Assembly: GCF_018977255.1 (NCBI RefSeq)
Contig: NW_024704742.1
Coordinates: 134,666,001 to 134,730,000 of the forward strand
Source of the DNA: Callorhinchus milii
Lineage: Eukaryota
Direction of reading: 5' to 3'
DNA: 64,000 nt
Shown: in pieces, positions 1 through 13,600 of the stretch
How the letters are laid out: every line of letters starts with the position of its first letter
Numbering within the stretch: the first letter of the stretch is position 1
The notes under the pieces: model-generated
Database searches by the model: none
Told to the model about the DNA's origin: nothing
Seen by the model: only the letters and a program-made list of their open reading frames with translations
Translations under genes and position numbers: made by a program

Positions 1-904
1 TATGTGTTAAAAAAAAGTCTTCCAAATCATAAGCCCATAGGAGTATGTTGATGTCTTTTAATTCTCCCCTTTCTTTTACTTCTTCCGCCACCACCCCAGC
101 CCATCTCCCAAATAAATAGCAACGAAACAAAGTTTACCAAACATTTTAAAATATTTTTTTAAAAGCTTTATACATTACTAAACAACACAACATTATCATA
201 TACCCTATGATAAGATGTGTTGTCCTATCCTGGATATCAGGATCTCTCAATATATAGTCTGGGACACAACATGCCATGCAACTGCCAACATAGTGGAAGG
301 CGAACTGGACATTGAACATGGACCTTGGTCCTCTTTCGCCTAGCAAATTCTTATGGTCCCATATAAGAGAGAAGCATTAAACGGATATACAGCCTGGTCA
401 CAACCCGTCAATCACTTAAACTGTTAGTCAAATGGGTGTTGATATTTCTTCATCCATAACTTGCGAAGGATTCTCCTTTTGTTTCTCTCTCCGTAGCCCA
501 TGGTAATGGAGCAGAATAGTGGGAGAGCTGGTACCATCACAGACATGGTGGGGTGGATAGCCTGCTAGGCTATAAACATCCTGTGGTGATGCACTATTGC
601 ACAACAACAATAATAATCCTTGCATTTGATATGGTGCCTTTTTATGTCTTTGAGGCGTCTCAAAGCGCTTCACAGAATATATTATAAAATGGAATAAAAA
701 CAGAAGTCACTGGGAACACACAACAGATTAGGCAGCATTTATGGAGAGAGAAATATTTGTTAACATTTCAGCTCGATGAACTTTCGTCAGAACTATAATC
801 AACATATTATTCAATGACCTTTCTGAACCAATACTAATCTCCAAAAAAATCTTTCTTCTGCTGTAATTTCCATATTCATTAACTTTCTGTTTGTTGTTTT
901 AAGG

Positions 905-1095
905 CTTCTCTTGTTCTATTGGCAATGCTCTATTTCTAAATTCTCGTTTTCCTACAAGTGCTTAATTTGCTAACATAGTTTCATTTTGACAAACTTCTGG
1001 CCCTGTCTTTGGGGAAAAAACTCTGCACGCTCTCTGTATCTCACAGGATCTTGTGCCCCTTCCTGTTCCTGTGTTCTGAATAGCTTCTGTATTGA
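905..1095. repeat. Unclassified ~200-bp interspersed repeat (other copies at 42475-42685, 33510-33690, 33915-34080, 11895-12040, 35600-35715)
   Basis: Reverse complement matches 42475-42685: cagaagctattcagaacac…gcacaagat…aaaatgaaact…aggaaaacgagaatttagaaatag. Confidence 0.7.
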
Positions 1096-1714
1096 CTTAG
1101 CTTCTTTATTCGGAGCTACAGTGTATTCTGGCTAACACTTATTCCGCACACTCCCAGTTCCTGCTGATTAATGTTTTGTCGGTTTGGTATCCTGTTTAAT
1201 ATCAATAACTTTTTCTGATACTCCTGACTTTTCCACAGAGGCTTTTCCCTTGTACTAAGGTTTTTCTGATACCTCACTATTATAAACCACTAAATCGCTA
1301 TTATTCATGTGTGAGACCAATTCTAGCACGCTCATGTGCAAGTCAATCTGAGGTCAGCACAATACTATTGACATTCATACTGCGCTTTTCATGTCAGAAG
1401 GGCATCTCACAGCTCCTCACATTGTTGGCTGGGCACCTGAGCTTGTGGGGAGTGGGGTTTGGGAGCCAAAGTGCGTGCGTGTGTATTGTGGGAGGGGAGG
1501 GAGGGGGAGAGATGACTGAAAGCATGGTGCGGTCAAAGAGACATGAGTAGGAATTGTGACCAGGGATCGTTTTAGCTTGCATTGGTCACTTTCACTCTAG
1601 GCAATGCTTCAACTCAGACATCAGGGAGAAGGGAATGATTGCTCAAGGTTACATTTTGAAACCAGATTCACTATATTCTATCCGTCTCTCCCCCTCCCCT
1701 TTTTTTTCCGTTAG

Positions 1715-4700
1715 GATGTGAGTGACAAGTTGTCTCTTCGCTTCCCGAAACTTTACAACACTGGGCAGATGGATTCTCTCTTCAATTACACCAAGTTTTT
1801 CATCAGCCTGTTACACGGCATCTTGATCTCCCTTGTTATTTTCTTTGTACCTTACGGGGCTTTCCTCCAGACCATGGGCCAGGATGGTGAGGCTCCGACT
1901 GATTACCAGTCCTTTGCAGTCACCACAGCCTCCGCCCTCATCATTGCTGTCAATCTCCAGGCAAGTCCAAGCATGTTACCAAGCTCTCGCTGTAATCGTG
2001 ATGTGATCCTCTTGTCTTGTCATTATCATGAGAACCTACTAGCTACACAGCATGGTTGAAGAGATGGGTCTTAAGACAGGGTGTAAAAGGTGGGGAGAGA
2101 AAATTGAGGCGGCAGGATTGTGACCGACATGGAGTTTCAGAGAGAGGGGGCAGAATGGCTGAAAGCTCCCCTGCTGATTGATTGGGTAGATTGGCCGGGC
2201 GGGGAAGCAGTGGGGAGAGAAGCAGCCAGAGTTTGCTAAATGAGCGAGGGAAGGGGGTGGCATGGGGTTGAGATCCCATAGGGTTGCAGGAGGCAGGGTC
2301 GACCAAAACCATGGAGGGATCTGAAATGTGAGGACAAGGATCTTGAATTTGATTTGTTTGTATAAAATTACATTTGTAAAGCGCCTTTCACATCGGGAGG
2401 ACGTCCTGAGGTGCTGGCGCAAGCACTTTCAGAGATAAAACTGGCAAGAAATGAAAGTGAATGTTATGTTGGCAAATATGGTCATGGATTTTCTGTCAGC
2501 AATGTTGAGCTGAGAAACTAATTCATCTTAATTTTCATGAGGAGGATAATTCCAGGGCAAAGTCAATGTTCACAAGCGAGCAAGAGAGATTGCATTTTTG
2601 TAGAGCTTTATCATGTTCAAATATGTTCAGAGCCTTCACAAGAACGTTAGGCAAGCTTCCTTACTCCACATGCCTCTGTTTTGGTAGGAGTTGATTGGAA
2701 CCAGGTTTGGGACGTCCTCCCAGTGTGAAAGGTGCTTTACAAGTATAATTTTGTTGTTGTTGTTAGGGTTATTATTATAAATCCTTCTGATTCCTCCTTC
2801 CATAGATTGCTCTGGACACCTCGTACTGGACATTTGTCAATGCCTTTTCAGTCTTCGGAAGTATTGTGATTTATTTTGCCATCATGTTTGACCTTCACAG
2901 CGCAGGAATCCACATCCTCTTCCCATCATCGTTTACCTTTACCGGTCAGTGCTTCTCTCATGCCCTCTCCCTCTCTCGTGTTGTTACACTCACTCTCTTA
3001 AGTCTGCACTCACGCACACTTATTTTCCTTCTCTGCCGCACGTGTGCTCACACTCTCTTGTGCATGCTCTGCAAGGTGTAAGAGTGTGAAGAATCATGTA
3101 GTGTTACAGCTTGGAAACAGGCCGTTCGACCAACTGGTCCATGCTGGCAATACAATGCAATACAAATTTTGTAATACAGCGTCAATCAAAAGTTCTTACT
3201 CCTTCACCTATATGAGATACTCAAACTGCATTCAATGTTAGACGTTTACACATCATCTCGGTGACAAAAACATTCATGAACACAATGAAAGATGTCTCTG
3301 TAACAGCTACACACTGAGAGATAAATAAAAGAACATAATTAATCAGTAAAGACTTATAGTTCACCCTGTATAGCGTCTTTCACACAACCCAAGGTGTTTG
3401 ACGATACTGGCTTGGCACCCGAGCTGGGTGGGTAGCCAGGAGGGTGGGAGGGAGAAGGTGACTACATTGTCTGAGGTAAAACAACTTGCATTTACATAGT
3501 GCCCATCATGCAGGGTAGAGTCCCAGAGTGATCTTGAACGAGGTGCATGGAAGCATCCCAGGTAGATCTTGAGGAGACGAGTTGGTGGGACTCTGGGATG
3601 GAGTTCCGGAGAGTGAAGGCCCGCCTGCTGATGGTGGGGCGGGTAGAATTGGGGACATGAAGCCAGCGGTGCTTGCTGAACAAAGGGAATGGCCAGGATC
3701 GGGAGGATTTGAGGAGGTCACGGAGGTAGGGTGAGGGCGAGAAGGGAGGCACAAGCCTCTTCCCATCTTATAATCCTCTATTCTCTGGAAGAAGAGAAGT
3801 TTGGGAGGGAGCGAGAGAGATTGACTGACCTCTAGTTACAATATTTTGATGTTTGATAATGGTGTAGAAGTCATATTACATGTTGGAAACCGAGTGCGAC
3901 CAAAAAGCATGTTTAAATGGAGGGAACGAGATGTGCTGAAGTGAGGGTATTTGGACTATCGTTAGAATTAAGATTTTTCACTTGAGCTGGACAAGTAGCA
4001 AGAAAGCTTTCCAGAGAGTGCTTCCAAAGACAAGTTGTGTGGTTTTAGCTGATTGGAATCCAGCAGTAACCCAGCGTGCCCTCAACAACAACAACAACAA
4101 GATTGCATTTATAGAGCGCCTTTCACGTCGGGAGGACGTCCCAAGGCGCTGGACAGTTGGGTCAGGACCCGAGTAGGGGGGAAATGGTCAGGGGGAGGGA
4201 AGGGAGGGAGCGAGGAGGGGGTAGAGAGCCGAGAGGAGAGCTGAAGGCACGGCTGAAGAGAAAGGTCTTGAGAGGAGGAAAGGGAGGAAGCAAGGCACTG
4301 GGGGATGGAGTTCCTCTGAGGTCCCCAAGCCTTAGCACTTGCCAACCTGACCCAATAATTTGTGGAATTAGGTAAACAAGAGAGAGAGAGAGTATTCACA
4401 TTCCAGTCCAACGCAAGGAAATGTGTATGTGGGAATCATGGAACTCTGTTGGGTTTGGAATACTTTTAAACATGGTGATGGGTTTCAGCGTGTCAGACAC
4501 CCGGCTAACAAAAAAAAATTGCCATTAAACTTGCTGGTTCTGAAAGTCTGTAATTATTTTGGATGTTCTTCACTTAGGTGCTGCTCCGAATGCACTTCGA
4601 CAGCCTTATCTGTGGCTGACCATCATCTTAACTGTCGGAATCTGTCTGTTCCCTGTTCTTGCCATTCGTTTCTTCTTGAGGATTACCCGACCGTCAATAA

Positions 4701-5222
4701 CTGAACAGGTGAGTAAAGGAACCGTTGCATTTTGATAGCACCTTATCACACCGGCCGAGCTTTGCAACAATGACAATAAATGACATTTGTGTAGCGCCTT
4801 TCACATCGGGAGGAGACGTTGTGGTGGGGCGAAGCCTGGCGAGGACTGGAGTGACTGGGTAGGTGGAGTTTGCTGCAGGTTGACCTTCGGTGGAGAGATT
4901 GTACAAGCACTCGAGACGCCTCTATGATGCGATGAGACGCGATATCAAACAGAAGGATTATTATTGGATTATTATTTTATTCTTAAATCCTTAGATTCAG
5001 ATGAACCGGAAGAAATATGAGAGCGAGCCACTGCCTCCGACCAGGCAGCCGAGCGGATTCCAGAGGAACGTCTCCACTCGGCGATCAGCCTACGCATTTT
5101 CACACCAACGAGGATTCGCGGACCTTATCTCCTCGGGCAGGAGTATCCGGAGAAAAGACCCGAACTCCCATGCCGGAGCCAGCAGGAGCACACAGAATAA
5201 TGCGGGCGGAGACGCCAGCTGA
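1715..5222 (+). CDS. ATP8B1: ATP8B1 (FIC1-type P4-ATPase phospholipid flippase), last four coding exons; 5' part lies upstream of the window
   Basis: Exons 1715-1960 ([18 protein letters not shown]...[21 protein letters not shown] donor), 2806-2944 ([36 protein letters not shown]...), 4578-4708 ([19 protein letters not shown]...) and 4995-5222 (IQMNRKK...[28 protein letters not shown]...TGA). Splice phases are compatible. The [12 protein letters not shown] motif is typical of the ATP8B1 C-terminus, and synteny with NARS1/FECH supports the call. Confidence 0.93.
2040..2420 (-). mobile_element. L2 LINE fragment in ATP8B1 intron (similar fragments at ~3400-3770 and ~4085-4330)
   Basis: [15 protein letters not shown] remnant and the L2 3' motif gggaggacgtccc. 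Confidence 0.65.
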
Positions 5223-5995
5223 AACCAACGACTTTCTTTTTAAAATACAATACAACATTTTTTTTAAAGAAAAGGACACTTGGGAAGCCTCGGGAGGTGG
5301 AGTAGGATGAAAGGGGGGAATTAATTTTAAACCCACATTTCTCGGGGATTGATAGGAAGATTGTAAGTTTCATTTCCAAGCTATTTGCTGTCGCTCTTCG
5401 GATGATGATCAGTACGGTTTTGTACGAGACGTGAGAATGATTTTGATGCCACCCCCAACACCCACCCCCCCCTCCAACCCTACTCTACCTACTCTCTCAA
5501 TCCCCCCACCCTCCAGGGGCCAATGCTGGAGCCAGAACTGACTTCTGAGGGAATCGCTGTCTTGATCTCCAGGAGCCAATGGTACAAATGAAACTCAACA
5601 CAGAATCCCAGGGTTTCCGTTGCTACTATGAGACAAGTCAACAGTACATAATCTCCACAGAGCAACTTAGAGAGGATGTGTATTACAGTTTAAGTTCAGA
5701 GCATAAGGCAGAAGACGATGTGTGCTATTTTAAAACTGTCCAATGTTTACATATGTATAATGTACAGATTCACTCTTGTTCATAAAGTCCTCATCACTGC
5801 TTGTAAATACAGAATTATATTTTTCCTCCTGCTTTACCTAATTTGGTGACTCCATACCTTTATTAAAAAAACAAAGGTTTCTTGTTGATCTTCTAATACG
5901 CAGTATCTAAATATATTTTTTATCTGCACAAAAAACATTTTGTGTTTCATCTGAAGTTCTTAAAAAAGAGAATATTTTGTAAAATTTCAAGAGTA

Positions 5996-6042
5996 AATAA
6001 AATTGTTTCAGTTGATTCAGGTTTTCCTCTGTTGACAATAAA
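5996..6042 (+). terminator. Candidate ATP8B1 polyadenylation signals (AATAAA at 5996-6001 and 6037-6042)
   Basis: Two AATAAA hexamers ~780-820 bp after the stop codon, in an AT-rich 3'UTR followed by T-rich sequence. Confidence 0.5.
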
Positions 6043-6829
6043 CTTTTTTAAACAAAGGAAATGTACTGAATGATTTTAAAAATCTATATGCATTTGTCAT
6101 CTGCTTCTGTTGTTAATATTTTAACTGCATGTTTTTTCTTTTTAAAGGGGAAGAGGTGGATTAAGTAGTGGGATGTTCTGACAATGTGTTATCAAATATA
6201 AGGATTATTAAATGGAGGACATGGTATTCCTCTGTTGTAACTATCTGAATGCAAGTTTTACATAGGGACAGCAATTTACAAAAGAAGTTATGGGTGGTTT
6301 TGAGGCAAATTGTCCCAATGGTTCCCAGTGTCCATCAACCCTTCAAATCAGCCTCCATTTTCTCTCTCGTACTGGCCATACAAGTCTATATGCTATAACT
6401 TATTACTGCAAACATGATCATCAATGGCCCCTAATACTTCACGGGAGGCACTGGTTCTATTCCTATCAGAGTTCACAATTGAGCCCATTTTGCTGATCTC
6501 CCTTTGCATCTTGGAGATGTATTTTTTTCAAATTTTTCACCAAAAATGCAGGTTATCCCATTAAATACTCTTGCCGCTACTGGGGTTTGACTTTTGACAG
6601 CTATAAAAACAAGCTCAGATATAATATAAAAATAATCCTTACATTTGCTATAGTGTCTTACATATCATTGAGACGACTCAGTGTTTCAGAATATACTGTT
6701 AAGTGAAGTGTTGTAGGCAAAAAGGGTGTGGAGTAAGGACACTTGCATAAGGTTTCACCTTGCCCAGGAATCGAATTCAGGTCCTCTTGCTTGAGAGGTG
6801 AGCGGTCTAACCACTAAGGACTCCAATCA

Positions 6830-7250
6830 GAATTGTACAGCACAGAAGGGGGGCATTCAGCCCATTGTGTCTGTGCTGGCTTTTGGAAAAGAGCTATCAA
6901 ATTAATCCTACTCCACCACTCTCCCTATAGCCCTGCAAACTTGTCCTTCCGCCCAAAAATATCTACTCTCTTAAAAGTTGCTATAGAATCAGCTTCCACC
7001 ACCCTTTCAGGCAATGCATTCCAGATCCAAACAACTCGATGTGTGAATAAATTTCTCCTCACCTCGTTTCTTTTAAGAACTATTTTAAATCGGTGTCCTC
7101 AGGTTACAGACCCACCGAGCAGTGAAATTATTTTTTCCTTGTTCACCCTATCGAATCCCCTCATCATTTTGAAAACTTCCATTAAGTCTCTCTTAAACTT
7201 CTCTGCTTCAGGAATAATAATCCTAGCTTCTCTAGCCTCTCCTGATAATA
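6830..7250 (-). mobile_element. CR1-like LINE 3' fragment
   Basis: tacagcacagaagggggcattcagcccatt…ccaccaccctttcaggcaatgcattccagat, typical of a CR1 3' end in reverse orientation. Confidence 0.6.
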
Positions 7251-7406
7251 GGTAAAGGTAGTCATTTCAGAACCGAGACAAGAAACATCCAAAACAGTGC
7301 ATTGTAGGACAATCAGGCCAAACCTGCAAACCTCCTACAATCAGGCCAAACCTCTTCAACACCCACTTTTGGCATTCAGATGTTAACAATTCCCTTTTTG
7401 TATAAA

Positions 7407-7412
7407 TTTAAT
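7407..7412 (-). terminator. Candidate poly(A) signal ATTAAA of NARS1 copy A
   Basis: ATTAAA on the minus strand ~250 bp after the stop, at the position homologous to the copy B signal. Confidence 0.55.
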
Positions 7413-7664
7413 GGACACAGCATATACAAAAAGACACTCAACAAAAAGAAAATCAGTGCACTTAATGCTTTTTGGGGTCATTTAATATAGATTAGGAGTT
7501 GGTGAAACAATAATTGCTTGAAGGTTACATGTTAAGGAAACAGGCAAGAAAAGCATTTTTTAATGACATATGCAATGTTTAATCAGCTGTGGTTTGTTTC
7601 TAAGTGGTTTCCTTTTGCTCAGATTTCTTTCAATCTTGCAGAACATTGAGAATTAGTTGAGGCA

Positions 7665-10600
7665 TTACGGTTTGCAACGCTGAACGAAACGTGGGTACAA
7701 GACGACATCTCTGATATGGTGCCTGTTGAGAAGCCAAGTTAAGAAACGTTCCAGCCCCAATCCATATCCGCCATGTGGACACGTGCCATATTTACGCTGG
7801 GGAGGAAAGAATAAGTAAGTTACTGCGTGAGGATTTACAGAAATCTAACTGGCTGACCTAAATCTAAGTGGCTCTTTGATGAGAAACCCAGACACATTTC
7901 TTAAAGGAAAAGAAAATTGGGCTCTAACTTACCTGGTCAGTGTACCAGTAATATGGAGTGCAATCAATCCCTTCACGTTTGTAACCCTCCAACAGCTCAT
8001 CACTGTCCCAGATACGCATCGATCCTCCCACAATCTCACCAACATTCGGCATCAGAACATCAACCTGGAAAACAGCTCAGATTATAACATCAGAAACCAA
8101 ATTATTCCTTTAGTCCTGTCTACGAGGTTACAAACAAAAACTTCAGGTTTCACAACACACGCACGTTTGGTCTGTAACACAAAGATAGTTTCAATAACAT
8201 TTTCTCTTAAACAAATCAAGTTACACAACGACAATTTACCGAAAATTTGCTCATCCTACTCTTGTCAGTCTCAGTCATTTCAAGAACTGTGGAAAACCTT
8301 CGTCCACACTAAAATTGAGTTCCAACTGATCTTAAACCTTAATAGCATAAAAGTAATGACCGTGAGGAATGCAGACGTCTGGAGTCTTTTCTGAGCTCTA
8401 TTTTATGCAAGCGGCGTATTGGGGGTAATGAGATACCATCCACGTGCACAGCACAGTCTCCAAGACATGGACAAATCCAATATAAAGATTATTAAATTAC
8501 AGGTTACAGTACAACAGCATCAATTACATGCAGCTGTGCAACAGTCAAAGCTGTCAGTTCACCTCATTTATATACAAGTCAGGGAGAGCAAGGATCTGAA
8601 GACAATACTAAGCTTGCTTTCCCTAGTCTAAATCAAAGCCCATTGGCAAACGGCACCAGGACACAGAATGTAGCCTGCACAGATCATTTGGTGATAAATA
8701 AAGTCTGATGATGGCTATAAATCTAAAAGCTCTTTGGAGGACTGCTTCATTTGGGCCAATTCACAGATGTGTTTGACTTCAACGAGCCGCCCACAATGGC
8801 TACACGTGCAACCTAGGCACTGACCGATTCAGTCAGCCTGCGATCCTCAGGGCAGCGCTCCATGTAGAAAGACTTGATCTCAGCAGGGAAGCGACACAGC
8901 AGAATTGGCTCGTTGATCGCGTCGGTCATCATTCTCTCCGGAGCCTCGGGAATATCCTGTGGGAGGAAAACATAACAGGTTGATTTTGTCCAGACACATG
9001 ACTGTTAATAACTGGCCTCGATCACTTTCTCAAGTTCAATATTTACCCTCAAACACAGTCACTCAACTTTACAGTAAATCCTGTGAAGCACTTTGGGACT
9101 TTCATGACGTGAAAGGCACTGTACCAAATACACAGATTACCTTTCCAAACTCTGGATCAAAGCAACAAAGCTCTCTGCCACCTCAATAATTTAGCCCTTT
9201 AATAAACCAGGTGTCACCATACAAATGTGGCAAATAGGATACACAGCACAGATCATCACTGGTATTTCACATAGATTTAACAAGTGATAGGAATAAGTTT
9301 AGCAACATTTTAACAGCAACCCTACCTACAGCACCAAGCCAGCTCTTCAACTTGTTCAGTGCCCTGGCCTCAACCACTCTCCCGACAACCTGTCTGTCGG
9401 TCATCCCTTAGCCAAAGAAATTCTCCCCAGTTTCTGTGATAACATGTCCTTTAGAACTCTGGGAGTCTTGTCCTTTTGCCTTGACATTATTTAAAGCATT
9501 GTTCTGGATTTACTTTCTCCATGATACAGGCTATATACTTGCTAGTGATCATCCCATTGTTTGTTATTCTTGATACGGTAAGTTACAATGCTTGGCTGCT
9601 TCCTCCAAATCAATAGTAAGTATAGTTGCTATTAAGATTTTGCTGAACTTATTCTCATCACTTGTTGAATCTATATGAAACACCAGTGATGATCTGTGCT
9701 GAGTATCCTATTTACCACATCCTACGTCTCTCCCCCCTCCCCCCACCTTTGTAACTACACTGAGTAACCGAGCCATTAATAGGCAACACTAACAGATCAC
9801 AGCATATAACTCAGAGGTGCCCACTGAATACCTCCCAGATTTGAACCTAACCTCCCATTACCACCACCCTAAGCTTCCACCCCCAGGAACAGTTACCAAT
9901 TCACATTCACATCTTACCCTCAAAGACCACTGACAAGTATATTTCTATATCACTTTACCTCTAAATCTCTCTCCTGTCTCACACTGCTCCTCAACCAGAA
10001 CACTCTTCCTCTATCCCTTGCTCCATCCTTCCCGATCTTCAGATCGCGCCTGAAGACCTTCCTCTTCGACCGTGCCTGCAGTCACCTTCCCCCCCACTCG
10101 GCATCATGCTCCGCCACTATCAAGGGCTCCGGGATGTTATAAAAATGCAACACTCACTTCTCCAAACTCGTAGAAAGTTCCATCTTCCTTTTTATAGTCG
10201 TGCTCTTTGAGCCAGGTGATGGCATCAGTGTAGTTCATCCTCCTGAACGGGCGCTTGGGCGGCTGAAATTCCTAAATTAAAAAAAACGCAAAAGAAGACA
10301 TTAACACAGAGACATTCAAGCCAAGTAGCTTCTCCTGATTCTATTGATTTTATTTAGTGGTTATTTAGTTATTTAGTGGTATAAAAGCTGAACAAATGGC
10401 CAGGCTGATATCTTTACACTAAACAGAGAGAGGTTTTCCTGTCACTTACTGGATGCAATTCACGCACAAGATCTCCAAACGGTGACTTGAGAATACGGTC
10501 AACCACGTCACACACCAGATCTTCCAGACGGTTCAGAAGGTCATCGTAGGTAATAAAGGCACATTCTCCCTCAATGTGAGTGTACCTACAAGTTAGAGCA

Positions 10601-13600
10601 CACATAATTGAAGGTGCTCTCACTGCAATTCTACTGCATTAGACTATGTGAATGGCTCCATCCATCATGTCATAAGTGGGGCTCAAAATTGAAACAGTCT
10701 TCATAATAATATGACAATCCTTGCATTTGATATAGCACCTGATCACGTCTTTGAGACGTCTCAAAGCTCTTCACATAATATACTGTAAAGTGAATTGACT
10801 GTATATTTTGTGTGCGATTCGCAGCAGCCAATTGCGTACAGCAGTGTCCACAAACAGTCATGGATTGAAGTGACCACTTTATTATTGTTTTATTTTTTGA
10901 AGGAATTACTATCCCTGGAAAAGCGATCCGCCAATCGACTAACAACCAGGTTCCTACTTACTCCTAGATAAACAGAATTGTGTGGAGTAAGGAAACTTGT
11001 CAATGATTCGCTCTGCCAGGAATCAAAACCAGGTCTCTTGCTTGCAAGGCGAGTGCTCTATCCACTGAGGTACAGGACTGCATAAACTTATAAACAGAGT
11101 TTTTGAGAGACATGGCCCAGAGCTAGTGAAAACAAAACTAAGTTTGTAAATAACGCATTTACAGGAAAACAAGAATATTGTGCTCTGAATAACAAACCAC
11201 CTTCTTTGGCAAAGTAATAATAATAGTCTTTGTATTTGAAATAGCATCTTGTCACATTATTGAGACATCTCAAAGCACTTTGTAGAATTGATTGTAAAGT
11301 GGATTGACTGGGTGTATTCTGTAGGTGAAACCCGTCAGCCAATTTGTGCACCATCGTGGATTGAGTGACCAAATTCCTTTTTGGTGGGATTATTAACCCC
11401 GGAAAGGAAAACGCACAGCAATGTCCCACAAACAGTCGTAGATTGAAAATGACCAATTTATTATTGTTTGTTGGTTTTGGAGGGATTATTATTAGGCTCT
11501 GTGTGGAGTAAGGTAACTTGCCCACGAGGTTTCGCCCTCTGCCGGGAATTGAACTCAGGTCTCTCACTTGCAAAGCGAGTGCTCTAACCACTGAGCTACA
11601 GGACTCCATGATAAACACTTTAACAATGGCGGACACTGAGCCGGGGAAAGAGGGGAGATGAGCGTAGGTACGATCAAAAAGGAAGGTCTTCGTGTGAGAT
11701 CTGAAGATGGGTAAGGAGGGAGCAAAGTGGGGATTGAGGCTGGGAGTTTTGAGGTTTAGTGGCTGAAAACACGGCTGCTGATGTAGTGGAAGGGCTCGAG
11801 GGATGTAAAGATGGCCCAATTCATTGTGTTTGTGTGTGTGGTGGTGGATGGGGGGAGGGGCTGAGGGTGTGAGAGATTAGCAACACTTTCTATATAATAC
11901 TCGTTTTCCTATAAATGCCCTATTTCTTATCTTAGTTTCATTTTCACTTAGCCGTTTGGTCTCTTGGCAAAACTTCTGTTAATAAGTTCTTTTTATCCTT
12001 CAGGTCAAGTACTCTCTATGTCTCACTGGAATCTTGTGCTCTGAATAACAAACCACCTTCTTTGACAAAGTAATAATAATAGTCTTTGTATTCGAAATAG
12101 CATCTCGTCACATTATTGAGACATCTCAAAGCACTTTGTAGAATTGATTGTAAAGTGGATTGACTGGTTGTATTCTGTGGGCGAAACCCGTCAGCTAATT
12201 TGTGCACCATCGTGGATTGAGTAACCAAATTCTTTTTTTGTGGGATTATTAACCCCGGAAAGCGATTTGCCAAATGACTACCAACCGTTTTCCAACTTAC
12301 TGTTAGGTAAACAAGTTCTAGGCGTGTGGAGAAACTTGCCTATGGTTTTGTCCCGCCTGGAAATTGAACACGGGTCCTAACCGGGCTAACCATAATTCAC
12401 TGCTGTTTTCGTGTTCATGAACCAATAGTTTAATAGCAACACAATAGAGCATGACAGTTAAGGAATGTAAATGCTCACAAAAAAGAAAGGTTACTGACTC
12501 TGCAAGGTGTCTACGTGTCCGAGACTGTTCAGCACGATAGGACTGGGCGATGCAGAAAACATCCCCAAGGGAAGGCAGGCAGGTCTCCAAGTACAGTTGA
12601 GAAGACTGGGTCAGAAAGGCTTCCTCTCCAAAATAGTTCATTTTGAAGAGAGTGGAACCTCCCTCCACCTGTGTCTGCACCAATGTCGGTGGAGTGATCT
12701 GGAGGATTAAAAATACATCAACCAAAATGCTCAGTTGCTTCAACATGTAGAAATTAAACGCTTCTCCTCTCACGTACTGTCATAGTTGGGTGTTCACTTG
12801 TGGCCAGGCAATGTGAACCCAAAGAGCAACAACAACAAAATGGATGGGTTAGAAAGATGAATTTCTAACCCTTGTGGAACCCTTCTAATCTTCTTGTAAG
12901 TAAGGACTTTTAACTCTCAGTCCAGTCTGACACCCCCAATACAGTGCTGAGGGTGTGCTGCATTGTTGGAGGTGCCGTCCTTCAGACGAAACAAACATCT
13001 GCCCCCCCCCCCCCTTGCACACTTAGCACAAAGAAGACGGCAAGTAACGTACCTCAAAGTAGCCGCGGTCAAAGTAGTGGTCCCTAAAGCACTGTATCAG
13101 TGCGGATCGTACTTTGAAAATCTTGGACATGTTCTCCCCTCTCAGCATCATGTGACGATTGTTGAGCTGCACGTCTACGTCAGATTCCTCGTTCAGCAAA
13201 TTGTCTGCACCTCCAGGTGGGGCCAGGCCGATCAGCTCCCAGTAATCACAGATCAATTCGTGCCCACCAGGAGCCTGAGGAAAGAGTCAAGGCACCACTT
13301 TAAAGCAGAAGTGGATGCATAGAAAGGAACATCTTTCCTCATCAAAGCCCTCACTGGTTTTCATTTGCCCTTAAGTTAACTACATTAATAATACACTCAG
13401 TCTCCCTTTCATTCACACAGAAAGTGCATAGTTGAAAAAAACTGCACGTTGTCAATATTTGAAAAGACATCAATGCTTAAAAAGTTGCTGCCAATTTATT
13501 TTTTGAAGATACTAGAAACCACGGTGCACTTATATAGCGCCCTCCATGCAGGGTAGTGTCTCAGAGCGCTTAACAGTGGCGGAGCCCGACTCCAAACCTG

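Noticed and set aside
7876..8394. 172-aa plus-strand ORF antisense to NARS1-A exon 14 and intron 13
   Set aside because: No recognisable domain; it starts at a non-ATG codon in the track, and the homologous region in copy B has indels and no equivalent ORF.
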